A stretch of DNA of 64,000 nucleotides from assembly GCF_009914755.1 (NCBI RefSeq), contig NC_060930.1. One strand, written 5' to 3'. This DNA is from the human T2T-CHM13v2.0 reference genome, Homo sapiens. The notes beneath the pieces were generated by a model. The model saw only the letters and a program-made list of their open reading frames with translations, was not told the origin of the DNA and made no database searches. Position numbers and translations under genes: made by a program. This document shows, piece by piece, positions 27,485 to 40,858 of this stretch (the stretch's first letter is position 1; every line of letters starts with the position of its first letter).

Positions 27485-28119
27485 GGGTTTCACCACCATC
27501 CTCAGATGCAAATCTCTTTAGAAATTAACCTCCTGTCTTTTGCCCAGACTGGGGAGAAGTCACCAAGCTATAGGGGTAGGGAGGGATCAGGACATCAAAC
27601 TGCACCTTATATTAATCTTTAATTAATCTGGGCTCCATACTCGATCTCTGATGTGACAATTCCTGAGCTTTTCCAGGGCCCTGTGGCTCAAGTGGGGTCA
27701 TTTCTTTTTGAATCTCTCTCTGCAGGCGCCAGGTTTTGACCTGGTCTATGCTCAGACACTTTCCATTTTTAGAGGTTTTATTTTTCACTCTTCTTTGCGT
27801 TGATACCCTCCTTGGTTCACTTTGCCCGTGGGGTTTGGGCTCTTTAGTTTTTTTCCTCTTATATGAAGAAATTTTAGGAGGAAGTGGGGGTAAACATGTG
27901 CTTTTACATTCCATGTTTAGCCAGAAATGTCTCCAGGTTTTAATTTTTCACCTTGACTTTAAAACTTTTTTTTTCACTTGTAAATGTTCATCTGGTAGGT
28001 GTGATTTACTTCAGGGTGTTAAATGGCATGATTATAAACATCTCTCTGAATAATTTAATATAATAATAATTGGCTCCTATCCAATGCTTTTTCTCTTCTT
28101 CATTGAATCTCATATATAA

Positions 28120-28240
28120 ATTTATTTCATGGATATTTATCAAGGTTCTATTATGGGCCACGTATAGTGCCAACATTAGTGAAACAGTGGGAAACACAAC
28201 AGACATGGTCCCTGTCCTTAAGGAACTTATGATATAGTGG
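28120..28240 (-). mobile_element. L2 3' end
   Basis: cagacatggtccctgtccttaaggaacttatgatatagtgg. Confidence 0.7.
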
Positions 28241-28459
28241 TTTATCACTAGTCTTCTTGAAGTACTTCTTTCTGCCTTGTCTTAGTAAATATCCTAAGAT
28301 CACCCATCACCTACCTCCGTTGTTCACTGGAGTTTATAGTGTGGTGAGCCAGCGTAAGAGTGGAATCACAGAGTTGTCAATTTAAATATTGGGCAGTAAC
28401 TTACCCCTTTTTAAGCCTTGGGATCTTCAGTGTAGGATGAAATGTTAAAAAAAATTAGA

Positions 28460-28742
28460 CTATATTGTCAACATTTAAAAATTAAGAGCTCTCTCTTCTT
28501 TCTCCGAAACACACATGCATGCACATTCTGATTTCTCGCTTCTTTCAAAAAATCAAGATACTGCAATATTGGGCCACTTTCCTACATGATATTAAGCAGA
28601 ACTCAGTATGGGCTGGCCTCCTTAGATGGGCATGGTCTGTGTAATTTGCCTAGGACACCACCACTTCCCATTATAGTAAGAAAGTTTTATACATTTGTGT
28701 TATTTGTCTGGCCTTTATGGGCATTGAAGTTTTCCACCTGCT
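28460..28742. mobile_element. MER102-like hAT-Charlie element
   Basis: gatttctcgcttctttcaaaaaatc...tgggccactttcc...ccttagatgggcatg. Confidence 0.65.
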
Positions 28743-30081
28743 TTAGATATTAGGAAATGGCAGTGCTATTTAAAAAAATTCCTAAAGGAATACTAATCTG
28801 TTAACCTGTAGCTTTCAAAGACATGAGACATTATATTTTTCCCAGATATTATAGATCAGAAGTTCTTAAATATTAATGTATTTACTCATATACACATTTA
28901 GTCATAGATTTTAAATATATTTCAACGTTTAGTTGTTGAAAACTAAATGAAGTAACAACAGTACTTGATAATGACTGGGTTGCAGATTCTCAACTAGCTT
29001 TGACCTTCTTAGATGTTTCATTTTGTGAAATCCATAATTTATTTGATTTCTGGCCCTTTGTGTTAACTCACTGGACTCATTTGCTCTCTTGGTCTACAGC
29101 CTCCTCTGAATTGCTTCTGCCCTGTTTTCACTTTGATCCAGTTTCCACACAGTTCTGAACCCATGGCTCCATTTATCAAACCTCACGCTGTGCCTTCAGA
29201 AGCAGTCTTCATGTTTTCTCTCCCTGGCATTTGGGCTATGGGCATCCCTTAAAGATCCCAGCCTGGTTCATTCTTCTAGTCCCATAAGCCTCTGATTAAC
29301 TTTAGTGGTTCAACAGAACTGCATCTCTGCAGGCTCTTGCCTGGTCCAGCCTTGCTTAAACCACCCCTCCTAAGATCAAAAAAGAGGGTTCAAATATCTT
29401 GTTAACCCTAGGGTCCTGTGATGGTTATCCAAGTTGAGCAGAATACTGTTGAGATATTAAGATTGATTTGAACACTGAAGTGAACTTCCCACCCATGAAA
29501 ATACATGAATAAGGATTTTCCTCTCTTCCTTAGGAAAAAAATAAATCTTTGTTCCTCTGATAATCCTATTGCCCTTGTATTTTGCCTAATTTCTTCAAGA
29601 GATATACACTCAACAAAAAATCAAATATAATTCAAGGGTGTTGTAGTCGAGAACAATATTAGAAGAAGGAGGTTGATGACCGGTCTCCTTCTCTGCAGTG
29701 TTCAGTGCACTTCTGAGAATTGTGCTTTGCCATGCATACCACCAAAGGAGGGAGGGAGATGCAGATAAACTAGAGGTTGTCCTCAGGAGAGCCTTTAGGA
29801 TGGATTGTGGGAACCCAAAGGGCACCCATGTGAGGAGTAGTTGAGAAGATAGGGAAGAGTATGCTTGGAGAAGAGGAGACTTTGGGGTCGGGAGTGGTAG
29901 TTTGAGAGAGGGCAGGAACATAGCTGTCATCAGAACTATCAAATTGTCACATGGAAGAAAGGGTAAATGACTCCAAAGGATTGAAGTTGACTCAATGGGT
30001 AGAAACCTCAGAAAGATATATTTGGGTTCTGGTTTTCTTTTTCTTTCTCTTTTTTATTTAAAGAAGAGCCATCCAAATCTT

Positions 30082-30351
30082 TTTTTTTTAATTATACTTT
30101 AAGTTTTTTATTATACTTTAAGTTTTAGGGTACATGTGCACAACGTGCAGGTTTGTTACATATGTACACATGTACCATGTTGGTGTGCTGCACCCATTAA
30201 CTCTTCATTTAACATTAGGTATATCTCCTAATGCTATCCCTCCCCCCTCCCCCCACCCCACGACAGGCCCCGGTGTGTGATGTTCCCCTTCCTGTGTCCA
30301 TGTGTTCTCATTGTTCAATTCCCACCTATGAGTGAGAACACGTGGTGTTTG
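30082..30351 (-). mobile_element. 5'-truncated L1PA (L1PA3-5-like) 3' UTR
   Basis: ttattatactttaagttttagggtacatgtgcacaacgtgcagg...gagtgagaacacgtggtgtttg; TSD tccaaatctt at 30072-30081 and 30371-30380. Confidence 0.95.
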
Positions 30352-30372
30352 CTGAACGCGCCCGATCTCGTC
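30352..30372 (+). pseudogene. 21-nt 5S rRNA fragment (nt ~19-39) captured at the L1 5' junction
   Basis: CTGAACGCGCCCGATCTCGTC matches human 5S rRNA as I recall it; four intact CpGs in CpG-poor DNA. Confidence 0.88.
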
Positions 30373-31599
30373 CAAATCTTAAGTTTTCTGTGAGGGAGAA
30401 TAGTCTGGACCTCTATGCAACTAAGCATAAAGTGGATGACCACTTGGTGGGGATATTGTAGAAGGGATTGACTCATTGACAGGGTGATTGGACCAGATGA
30501 TCTTTAAGATTTCCCTCTATCCTGGGATTCTACAGTGTTTAAAAATTGTCATGACAGGAGATTCCTGCACATTTTAAAAATTAAAATCACAATATTGTAC
30601 GTGCTTTAGAAAGCCTAGCGGAATGGATTTAATTCTGCCTATTGTAGTGATAATAATGCAATATTAATATGTGGATATGATCTGTTTATGGATTACTCAT
30701 ATAGACAAATTAGACATATTTATTGGTCAACAAGTGCCACTACACATTGTTGGAATACATGTGGCTGCTTTTTTCATAAATTAATCATTGGAGTGAATTA
30801 AGATGAGAACATAACAAATGTCAGCTCATAACAAATGTCATCTAATTCTAGACCCCAATTTATAGATGAAAATAATATATATTCATTTTCTTCCTTCTCT
30901 CTTTCCAAATTGGTAGAGAAAAGATATAAATATTCCTCTTATATCATCACTTAGAGATAAGAATATGCTAAATCTGGAAAATTCTGTTAGGAGGACCTAT
31001 AATGGAATAATTCTGCCTCATTTCTTTCACATGAGATAAACTTCACTTTTATTAGTATTTCTCCCCAGAGTCTTCTCTAATCTTCTCAATTTGGGTTCTT
31101 CCCATTTTCTCCCATGTCCTTGGACCACTTACTGTGTTTTAACTAGAGCATGGTTATATGTAAATATGTGTGTTTTCCCCAGTGGATGGCAAAAAGGAAT
31201 CTTCCTTGCACATTTTTGTAATCCCCACAATACCTACTGCCTTTCCTGCGTGGGGTGATTCTCAATAGACGTTTGTGGTTTGAAATCATTTCAAATCACA
31301 AATAAGCACCTTCACTTATGCACTACATATTTGGTCCAGCAGTTAATATGACAGTACTCATTAAATATCCCATGTGATATTGTGATGAACTTGCTTTGGA
31401 AGTTATTGATCATGACCATTATATGAGAAGAAGAAAAACCTGATTACTCTGAACACGTAGGAGCACAGCAGAAAAGAAAATGCACCTAAAAGGATTTTTG
31501 TTTTCTGATTTTTTTTTTTTTTTTTGCACAGCTTTCAAGTGCAGACAACTTTTTCTTGTTGTCTAGAGCCATTGCTTCCAGAGCTTATGAGGAGCTATA

Positions 31600-31745
31600 A
31601 AAGAGGTCAGGACACCTGGGTCTAGTCTCAGCTCTACCACGAACTAGCAATGTGGCCAAGCACCAAGCCTTTCTGGTCTTAGCTTTCTCATTTATAAAAT
31701 GAAGAAGCCAAAGTTAACTGGATTTCTAGCCCCTGCCAACTCTCA
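31600..31745 (+). mobile_element. MIR SINE
   Basis: cctgggtctagtctcagctctaccac...tttctcatttataaaatgaag. Confidence 0.7.
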
Positions 31746-31814
31746 TATCTCTAACAGTAAGTTGAGAGATTTTTCTCTCTCTGACATTGTCCCCTTTCTT
31801 TCCACCTCTCACAA

Positions 31815-31990
31815 TGTGCGCAACTTGAGATAAGTTACTTCACCTCTGTGTGGCTCAGCTTTCCCATGTATACAATGGGAGATACCTACTTTTTAGTGTT
31901 GTGATTAGGATTAAATGAGTTAATGCATGTGAAGTGTTGGAACAGTGTCTGATGTGGAATACTCACTAATGTTAACTTTTTATTTTACTA
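31815..31990 (+). mobile_element. MIR SINE
   Basis: aagttactttcacctctgtgtggctcagctttcccatg...ggattaaatgagttaatgcatgtgaagtg. Confidence 0.8.
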
Positions 31991-32113
31991 CTTTGCTGAA
32001 AATGTTAGTGTATTTCCAGTTGTTAAAATTACAAACCAACCCCTCACATGGTGCCTGACTCAGGAACTTTACCGACTATGGGTTTTCAATCTATTTTATA
32101 TCATTCCTCTTTA

Positions 32114-32333
32114 TTTTTTAATTTTTAGTTTTTGATGCAGTGTCTCCCACTCTTGCCCAGGCTAGAGTGCAGTGATGCAATCATAGCTCACTGCAGCCTT
32201 GATATCCCAGCCTCAGGTGATCCTCCTGCTTCAGCCTCCTAAGTAGCTGGGATGACAGGCATGTGCTACCGTGACTGGATTTAAAAAAAATTTTTTTTAT
32301 GTAGAACGAGGTATTACTATGTTGCCCAGGCTA
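32114..32333 (-). mobile_element. 5'-truncated AluJ
   Basis: AluJ-type atcatagctcactgcagcct; exact 12-bp TSD cattcctcttta (32102-32113 / 32334-32345). Confidence 0.9.
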
Positions 32334-32909
32334 CATTCCTCTTTAAAGTAGCATTATATAAAATTGTATTTCCGTCTGTTCTCAGAATATCTCTGATCAT
32401 TCACACACTGTAGTCTATAATTTTCTATCTGTATCCCCTACCCTGTGTTGCTCAGTGTGTTTGTTTTTACACAACTAATCTTTGGCTTCTGGCTCACTGT
32501 CCTGTGTTGAGGGACCATGTAGAGACTTCGGTGTTTGCCATTTCCATGCTCATAGAACTCATTAGTACAATAGATGGAGACACCTGGTGCATAGAGATGG
32601 AGGACTCAGCATGAGAATGTCCCATTTTCCATAGCCCTCATTTTTGCTTGGAGCATGATGAATGTTACACTGGCATAGTTAAGAGGTCCATCAGTTCAGT
32701 TCAGTATATTATAAGTAAAATTAAATATATTGAGCATTTCATCTGTGATAAGCTCTGTTCTAGTTTTGTATATATGAGAAAATATATCCAACTGGAGGTA
32801 GAAGAGAGAAAGATATGAAGAGAACAACAGCGGGGTCTTTGTTCTCAAGGAGTCTGCACTGTTGCTCGATGTGGTGCTCTAGATATCAGGGAGAAGTATG
32901 CCTTGGAAG

Positions 32910-33090
32910 ATAATAATTGACACCTACATAGAAATTCAATGGATACAAAATCCTTTTATATATGTAATATCGTTTAATCCTTCATCACTATTATTTGATT
33001 TAATCCAAAGTTTAACTAAGTTTTGCAGAGGTTAAATAACGTGCCAGCAGGCTGCCCAGCCAGAACGGGAAGTCAGAATGTTCTTCTGCC
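32910..33090 (-). mobile_element. MIR SINE (diverged)
   Basis: tcgtttaatccttcatca...actaagttttgcagaggttaaataacgtgcc. Confidence 0.55.
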
Positions 33091-36000
33091 TGTAGGGTGT
33101 GTGCTCCAATGTGCCTGGAGAAGAAGAATGTGATAATGGATAAAACGCAGAGGTTCCTTGTATGTTTTACTGTTTTTTTTTGTTAGTCTGTAGTACACTT
33201 CTGATTCTCCAAAGTGGTACACAATTTTCCAACTTTGAATTTTTGACAGAGTCATGATTTAAAGCTTCAAGCATATGATTATGAGATGGTGGTTCTCAAC
33301 ATTTACCACAACCTCCCAGCAAACCACACAGCAGTCAACTCTCAAGATTTCTTCCAGGAGGGTAAAGGGATTTTTCTCTTCACATGCCATCCAACTCCAT
33401 GGGAAAACATTAGCAGTGACAAATGACTCTGGATGAATGCTTGAATCCGAGGTAAATATGAGCCTTTGCTCCTCCACATAAGAAAGGTGCCATCAGAGTA
33501 TTCTCTATGAATACATTTGAAAGACAACATCTGAACAATTTTGGTTATTATCTATTAGCCTTCAGGAGAATTTCTATAATTACGAAGCACGCAGTGGGAA
33601 GTGTTATTGCTTGGAGCCAAGTCTATTTATGTTGATATTTGTAGATATTTACATTTATTTTCTTTGGCAGACATAGACAAACACATTTCTGAAAACTACT
33701 TTGTCTGTGGAAAAACGAAGCAGAATATACTTTAAAAAAATCTACCACAGAAAGGATAATAATAGCTTTCATGTCTGAAGACAACAGACAGGCATGAAAT
33801 ATAAGAATTATTTTATCCTGGACAAGAGAATTGGTGTTAGAGCAAATTTTGACCATGTCACAGTCTGGATAACTCTTAGGTTTAAAACTTGCACCCCCAT
33901 AGACCTCAGTCCACAGAGGAGATAACTGATCTGGGGCTTAGCAGTATTGGCAGGGTGGTGCATTATGGGATTTAGCTATAGAGTGTTTGCTCCCCAAAGA
34001 GAGAACTGCAGGAATTTTAAGAACTTGCATCAATTCCCCTGTGTAGAACAGTATGTCTAAGTATATTTCAAGTAAATCCTCAACTCAACACATAAAGCTG
34101 CAGTTACACCACGCCTTTAAAAGGAAATTAGAGCACAGAAACGAGGCCAGACTGCCCCTCCTGGAGACAAATCCCCTGTTCATCTCTTCAACTGCTGTCA
34201 GTCCTTAAGTATGTTTACCTCCTGTCCCACCCACCCCACTACCACATCAGTTTCAGGCTCTTGATTTTTTCTTCCAGGCCTCAAAAAGCATGTAGCAATT
34301 TATATAATTTTTTTAGACATTGTTTTTCTAGCAAATTAATTCAGATCACAATGCTTTTTGTGATGAATTTTAAAACATTGATTATCTTTTTTTTTTAAGA
34401 AAGTCCTCAAAAATGGTCTTTGAAGGGGAGATTTGCTCTGATGAGTATGATATAAAACCTCAGCCTTTGAATAAATACAATATGCCTTGCTGGCATAGTA
34501 ACTAGGTTGCTTGGATGAGGATGCATACTAATTAGGGCAACTTAATGGCATAATGACTAGGGTCATTTATTCATGGTTGGTTGTTCTTCAAATGTAATTT
34601 GGGAGAGAGTGCCAATGCATACCCATTCTACCTTCAATAGAGAGAGTGGAATTCCACAGGTTTATGGGGACAAATAGGACAACACAGGTAATTTCACAGA
34701 TTTGCAGTTAGCAGTTTTCTATTTGATACCCACAGTTTTTAACAGTTTTAGCTCCAAACATGTTAGAATTAAACCTCATTGCCTGTAGAGTTTAAAAGAC
34801 AGCATTATCATCTGTATGTGTATGAGGTGGCAACAACTTTGAAGACAAACATAAGGCATAGGTGGCACAGGTTCAAGGACCTGTCACTCTGTGGACTCAC
34901 TTCTGAATTGTTCAGTTGCTTTTGCTCTTAGTCACCTGCATCTAGTAGATGCATTTTGGAATATCCCAAGAAAGTGAAAATGACCTAACATTATTCAAGC
35001 TGTGCTTTGGTGTTTCTCCTGTTGACCTTTGCCTGTTACTTGACTTTGGTTGAGTAAAGAGCTATGACATGGATATCCTATCATTTCATATTCTGGCCTA
35101 GTCCTATATCTATCTCAATGTATAATTTTCCTGCAGTCATACTGTCTAATGAGTGCTGGTGAGAATTATGTATCATAGGTTTGAAATAAGATCTATTTTA
35201 ATTTTTGAAGAGTGATGACCAATATGCCATTCCGTCTATTTGACTGAAACTGATTGCAGTAGTAGATTATATTCTCTCCAAGACAGTAATGACACCACGA
35301 CTGTTTTTAATGACTTCCAACATAGGAAGAAAAACTTAGAACTCAGAACTCAGGGTGGGTGTGGTAGAAGAATTATCGTATAAAATCCATATGTTTTAGA
35401 GTTGGTTGTACTGTAGTAGAAGAGCTCAGGTATGTTTTGGGTTAGTATAGTCCCTCAAACAATTTCTTTCAAATGTTTTCTTTCAACCAAATCTGAAACA
35501 CATTTTGCCAAAACTTTTTTTCCCTTAATTTTTAAAGGCATGTGTATTTAAAGGGACATTTAATCCATATGTTTTGGCTCATTTACACTTAACTCATCAG
35601 GATATTGTTTTTAAGAGTTATTTGAGCTCCACAAAACCCATTTTATAAGTCTTTTCTTCCGCAGTACAAGGAAGTTGTGTTTTGCTGGAAACAGAAATGG
35701 AACCCACAAAATAATTAAGTTCGGATGAAAATTGAGAATGTACAAGGTTTCCGAAAGCCACTAAACTTAACTTAGAAAAACATGTTATTCTCTTGCAGTT
35801 TTTTAGTTACTTCTAGATATCAATATGCTTTAGCCAAGGTGCTAAATTAGAACATCTTTTAAATCTTTATTTCGCAGTTAAGTGTCTAAATGCTTATTTC
35901 CCAAAATACCATCTTTAGTGTAATGGATAAAAGCAAGGTTAAAAAAATAAGGAGCATATACAAAAAAGTGAGCTCTAAATTTCTTTTGAGGTTGATGCAG

Positions 36001-36692
36001 AGCTATGATCTTGAACCTTCATTGTGCCTTTTCTCTCCTTGCCAGTCTTTTCATGGAATTATGCCTGCTATGCCCATAAAAGTTCCTTCTGCTGTGTTTC
36101 ATGAATGTAGGTAGCTACTGCTACACAGGATCTCACTGTGTCTGCATCCTCAGCACCTTCAGAGCCCTCAGATATTTCCTGCTGGGTAGAAGGATGGATC
36201 TAGGGAATTTATTAGACAATATAGTGGGATTTCCCTTCTGTCTTGTATTTCTCAGGAAGATTGGTATCTGAGGATATTCCTGGAGAGAACTCAAGAAAAT
36301 CAACATATGCTTTAGATAGGGTATATACAGACAATGTCCCTGAAGAGTTGGGTGAGAGATAAAGCCCTTCAGATCAGCATTGACCTGAAATTATATTCTC
36401 ATCATTTTAGAGAGAAGTTGAGCACCTCTGAAATAAATTTTGTCTATTGAACCTCAATATCTAATGAAAAGAACTACCCTTTCTCAATAAAAAAAAAATT
36501 ACTACAACATTTTCCATAGGCCCCAGAATTCCTTGAGCAAACCTTCTGTAATGAGTTGAGTTGTTGATACTCCCCTTTTCTTCTCATATTTGGGTAGATA
36601 TCTGAGTAAAAATCAATTTCAATTAGAGAAGGTAAGAGCAAAAAATTAATAAGATTTTTATATTTCATAGTAAAATATAAAAATGTGTATTA

Positions 36693-39600
36693 GACAACAA
36701 TTAGTAAACAAGTAACAAAATGGCAGTAGTAAGGCCTAATGTATAAATAATAACATTAAATGTAAATGAACTAAATTAGTCACTTAAAAGACAGTATGGC
36801 TGAATGGATTAAACAATAAGACCCAATTATATGTTGCCTACAAGAAAGTCACTTCACCTGAAAAGACATACATAGACTGAAAGTGAAGGGATGGGAAAAG
36901 ATATTTCATGCAAATATAAACCAAAAAGAACAGGAGTGTCTATACTTAAATCAGATAAAATAGAGTTTAAGTCAAAAACTGAAAAGAGAGACAAAGAAGA
37001 GGATTCTATAATGATAAAACGTCAATTTAGCAAGAGGACATACCATAGTAAATACATATGCAACCAACACTGAAGCACTCATATATATAAGAAAATATTA
37101 ATAGATCTAAAGAGAAAGACAGATTACAATACAATAGAAGTAGGATACTTCAACACCCCGCTTTTGGCAAGGACAGATCAGCCAGAAAATCAACAAACAA
37201 ACATTGCTGTTTGACTGTATTGTAGATTAAATGGACTTAACATACCTTTAGAGAACATTTCATCCAGTTGGATGTGAACACACATTTTTTTGATTACCAC
37301 ATGAAACATTCTTCAGGACAGACCATATGTTAGACCACAAAACAAGTCTCAACAAATTATAAAAAGGTCTAAATCATATCAAGTATATTTTCTGAACACA
37401 ATGAAATAAAACAAGAAATCAATAGCTAGAGGAACTTCAGAAACCATACAAATACATGGAAATTAGGCAACGTGCTCTTGAACAACCAGTGGATCAATGA
37501 AGAAATTAAGAAGGACAATAAAAAATTTCGAGAATCAAATAAAGACAGAACACAACACACCTGAACCTATGAGATACAGAAAAAGCAGCACTGAGGGAAT
37601 TTTATACCAGTAAATGCCTACATCCAAATAATAAAAAAAATTTAAATAATTAACCTAACAATTCACTTCCAGGTTACTAGAAAAGCAAGAACAAATCAAA
37701 CCCCAAAATAGTAGAAGGAAAGAAATAACAAAGATCTGGGCAGAAATAAATGAAATTGAGACTAAAAGAAAAATACAAAATATTAACAAAATTAAACTGG
37801 TTTTGAAAAAATAAACAAATGGACAAACCTTTAGCTAGATCAACTAAGAAAAAAAGAGATAAGACCCAAATAAATAAAATCAGAAATGAGAAAGGAACAT
37901 TATGATGGTTAGCACAGAAATACAAAGGATCATTAGAGACCATTATGAACAACTATATGCCAAAAAATTAGAAAACTTAGAAGAAATGGATATATTCTGA
38001 ACACATACAACTCACCAAGATTGAACCATGAAAAAATAGAAAACCTAAACAAACCAATCATGAATAATGAGATTAAAGCAGTAGTCTAAATTTGGTCATC
38101 AAAGAAAAACCAAGGACCTGAAGGATTCACTGCTGAATTCTACCAAAACATTTGAAGAAGTACTAATACCAATTATACTAAAATCATTTAAAAATTAAAG
38201 AGGAAGGAATACTTCCAAATTCATTGTATACAGCCAGCATTAAGCTAATACCAAAACCAGACAAAGACACACACACAAAGTAAAACTACAAGCCAGTATC
38301 CCTGATGAACACAGAAGCAAAAATGCCCCCAAAAATACTAGCAAACAGAATTCAACAACCCGTTAAAAAAATCATTCTCAATGATCAAGTGGGATTCACC
38401 TCATAGATGCAAAGACAGTTCAACATACACAAATCAATAAACACAATACATTATGTCAACAGAATCAAGGACAAAATCCATGTGATAATTTTTATAAATG
38501 CTGAAAAAGCACTTGATAAAATTCAACATCCCTTTATGATAAAAACCTTCAACAAATTGGGTATAGAAGGAACATATCTCAACACAATCAAGGCCATATA
38601 TTACAAGCTCACAGTTAAAATCATACAGAAAGAGTAAACATTGAAAGCCTTTCTACAAAGATCTGTAATAAGATAAGGAAGCCCACTTTCACCATATGTA
38701 TTCAACAGAGTACTGGGAATCCTAGCCAAAGCAATTAGGCAAGAGAAAGAAATAAAGGACATCCAAATTGGAAAGCAGGAAGTCAAATTATTATTATTTT
38801 TTTTTGCAGAAGACTTGATCTTATATTTAGAAAAACCTGAAGACTCTGCCAAAAAACTTTTAGAACTGAAAATTTGTAAAATTTTAAGATACAAATAACA
38901 TCTTAGTAAAATTACAAGATACAAATAACATATAAACATCAGTAGTGTTTCTATATGCCAACAGAGATCTATCTGAAAAAGTAATCAAGAAAACAATTTC
39001 ATTTACAATAGCTACAAAAATATCAAAATACAAATTTAACCAAAGATGTGAAAAATCTCTGTGAGGCAACTAAAACACTGATGAAAGAAGTTGAAGAGGA
39101 TATGAAAAATGGAAAATATCCCATGCCATGGATGATAAAAATTAATATTGTTAAAATGTCTATACTACCCTAAGTGAACTACAATCAAAACACCAGTGAC
39201 ATTCTTCACAGAAATAGAAAAACAATCCTAGAATTCACATGGAATTACAAAAGATCTGGCACAGCTAAGGCAATCCTGAGCAAAAAGAACAAAGCTGGAA
39301 ACATCATACCACCTGATTTCAAATTACATGACAAAACTATAATAAACATAACAGCATAGTACTGGCATAAAAACAGAGACATAGACCAATGGAAGAGGAT
39401 AGAGACCCCAGAAGTAAGTGCATGTATTTACAGTCAACTCATATTTGACAAAGGCACCAAGAATATACGCTGGGGGAAAAGGACAGTCTCTTTAATAAAT
39501 GATGCTGGGAAAACAGGATATCCATATGTAGAAAAATGAAAAAAAAAAGACCCCTACCTTTCACCATGTACAAAAATTAACTCAAATTGGATTAAAGACT

Positions 39601-40858
39601 TAAATGTAAAATCTGAAACTATAAAACTAGTAGAAAACATTGGGGACATACAGGACATTGGACTTAGCAAAGATTTTTTTGGATAAGACTTCAAAAGCAC
39701 AGGCAACAAAAATAAAAACAGACACATGGTATTACATAAAGCTAAAAAGCTTCTGAACAGCAAAGGAAATAATTAACAAAGTGAAGAGACAACCTACAGA
39801 ACAGGAGAAAATATTTTCAAACTATCCATCTGAAAAGGAATTAATAACCAGAGTATGTAAAGAACTCAAACAACTTATTAACAAAAAAGCAAGCTAGCAA
39901 GCAAGAAAAAAAATCTGATTTAAAAATGAGCAAAAGAGCTTAATAGACATTTCTCAAAAGTAGACATACAAATGGCCACAAATGCTCAATATCACTAATC
40001 ATCAGGGAAATGCAAATCAAAACCACAATCAGATATTATCTGATTGGCTTTATCAAAAAAGAAAAAATAACGAATGCTGGCAAGGACGCAGAGAAAGGAG
40101 AACACTGGTAAACTGTTGGTGAGAATGTCAAATCATTATGGAAAACAGTAGGAGGTTCCTCAGAAAAACAAAGATAGTACTACTATATGATTAATCATTC
40201 CATTGCTGGGTATATGTCCAAAAGAGAGGAAATAAGTATGTCAAAGGGATATCTGCAGTTTCACGTTTATTGCAGTAGTATTTGCAATAGCCAAGATATG
40301 GAATCAACCTAAGTGTCCATCTACAGATGAATAGATAAAGCAAATATAGTGTATATACACAACGGAATATCATTCAGCCATAAAAAAGTTAATGAAATCC
40401 TGTCATTTGCAGCAACATGGATAGGACTGGAGGTCATTATAAGTGAAATAAGCCAGTCACAGAAGGACAAATAATGGATGTTTTGAATCATAGGTAGGGG
40501 CAAATAAAAGTAGATCTCATGGATATAGAATAGAATAGTAGTTACCAGAGGCTGTCAAGAGAAGGTGGAAGAGGATAAAGTTGGTTAATGAGTACAAAAA
40601 TATAGTTAATAGAAGGAATGTGTTCTATTATTTGAAAGTACAGTAGGAAAATTATAGTTAACAATAATTTATTGTATATTTCAAAATAGCTAGAAAAGAA
40701 GAATTATAATGTTCCCATCACAAAGAAAAGATAAATATTTGAGTTGATGAATAGTTCAATTACTCTGACTTGATCACTATATGTTGTATATGTATATTAA
40801 AATACCATGTTCACAAAAATGTGTACAACTGTGATATAGCAATAAAAATACAATAAAA
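36693..40858 (+). mobile_element. L1MA-type LINE-1: dead near-complete ORF2 plus 3' UTR
   Basis: ORF2 start atggcagtagtaagg at 36720; ORF-track peptides similar to L1 EN/RT (e.g. [37 protein letters not shown]); many stops and frameshifts; L1MA 3' UTR with A-rich end. Confidence 0.93.

Larger units (their letters stand above)
29700..30533 (+). mobile_element. L3/CR1 LINE 3' relic, split by the L1PA insertion
   Basis: gataaactagagg...tggagaagaggagact...gtcacatggaagaaggg-like...caatgggtagaa; tail ggatgaccactt...ttggaccagatgatctttaag. Confidence 0.7.

Noticed and set aside
33259-33477. Protein-looking frames (e.g. ...FLFTCHPTPWENISS)
   Set aside because: Resemblance to a cystatin-like PW motif is superficial; gtggttctcaac suggests a hAT terminus; no supporting exon structure
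36891-40503. ORFs with L1 ORF2-like peptides
   Set aside because: Fragments of a dead L1MA with many stops and frameshifts; not functional CDS
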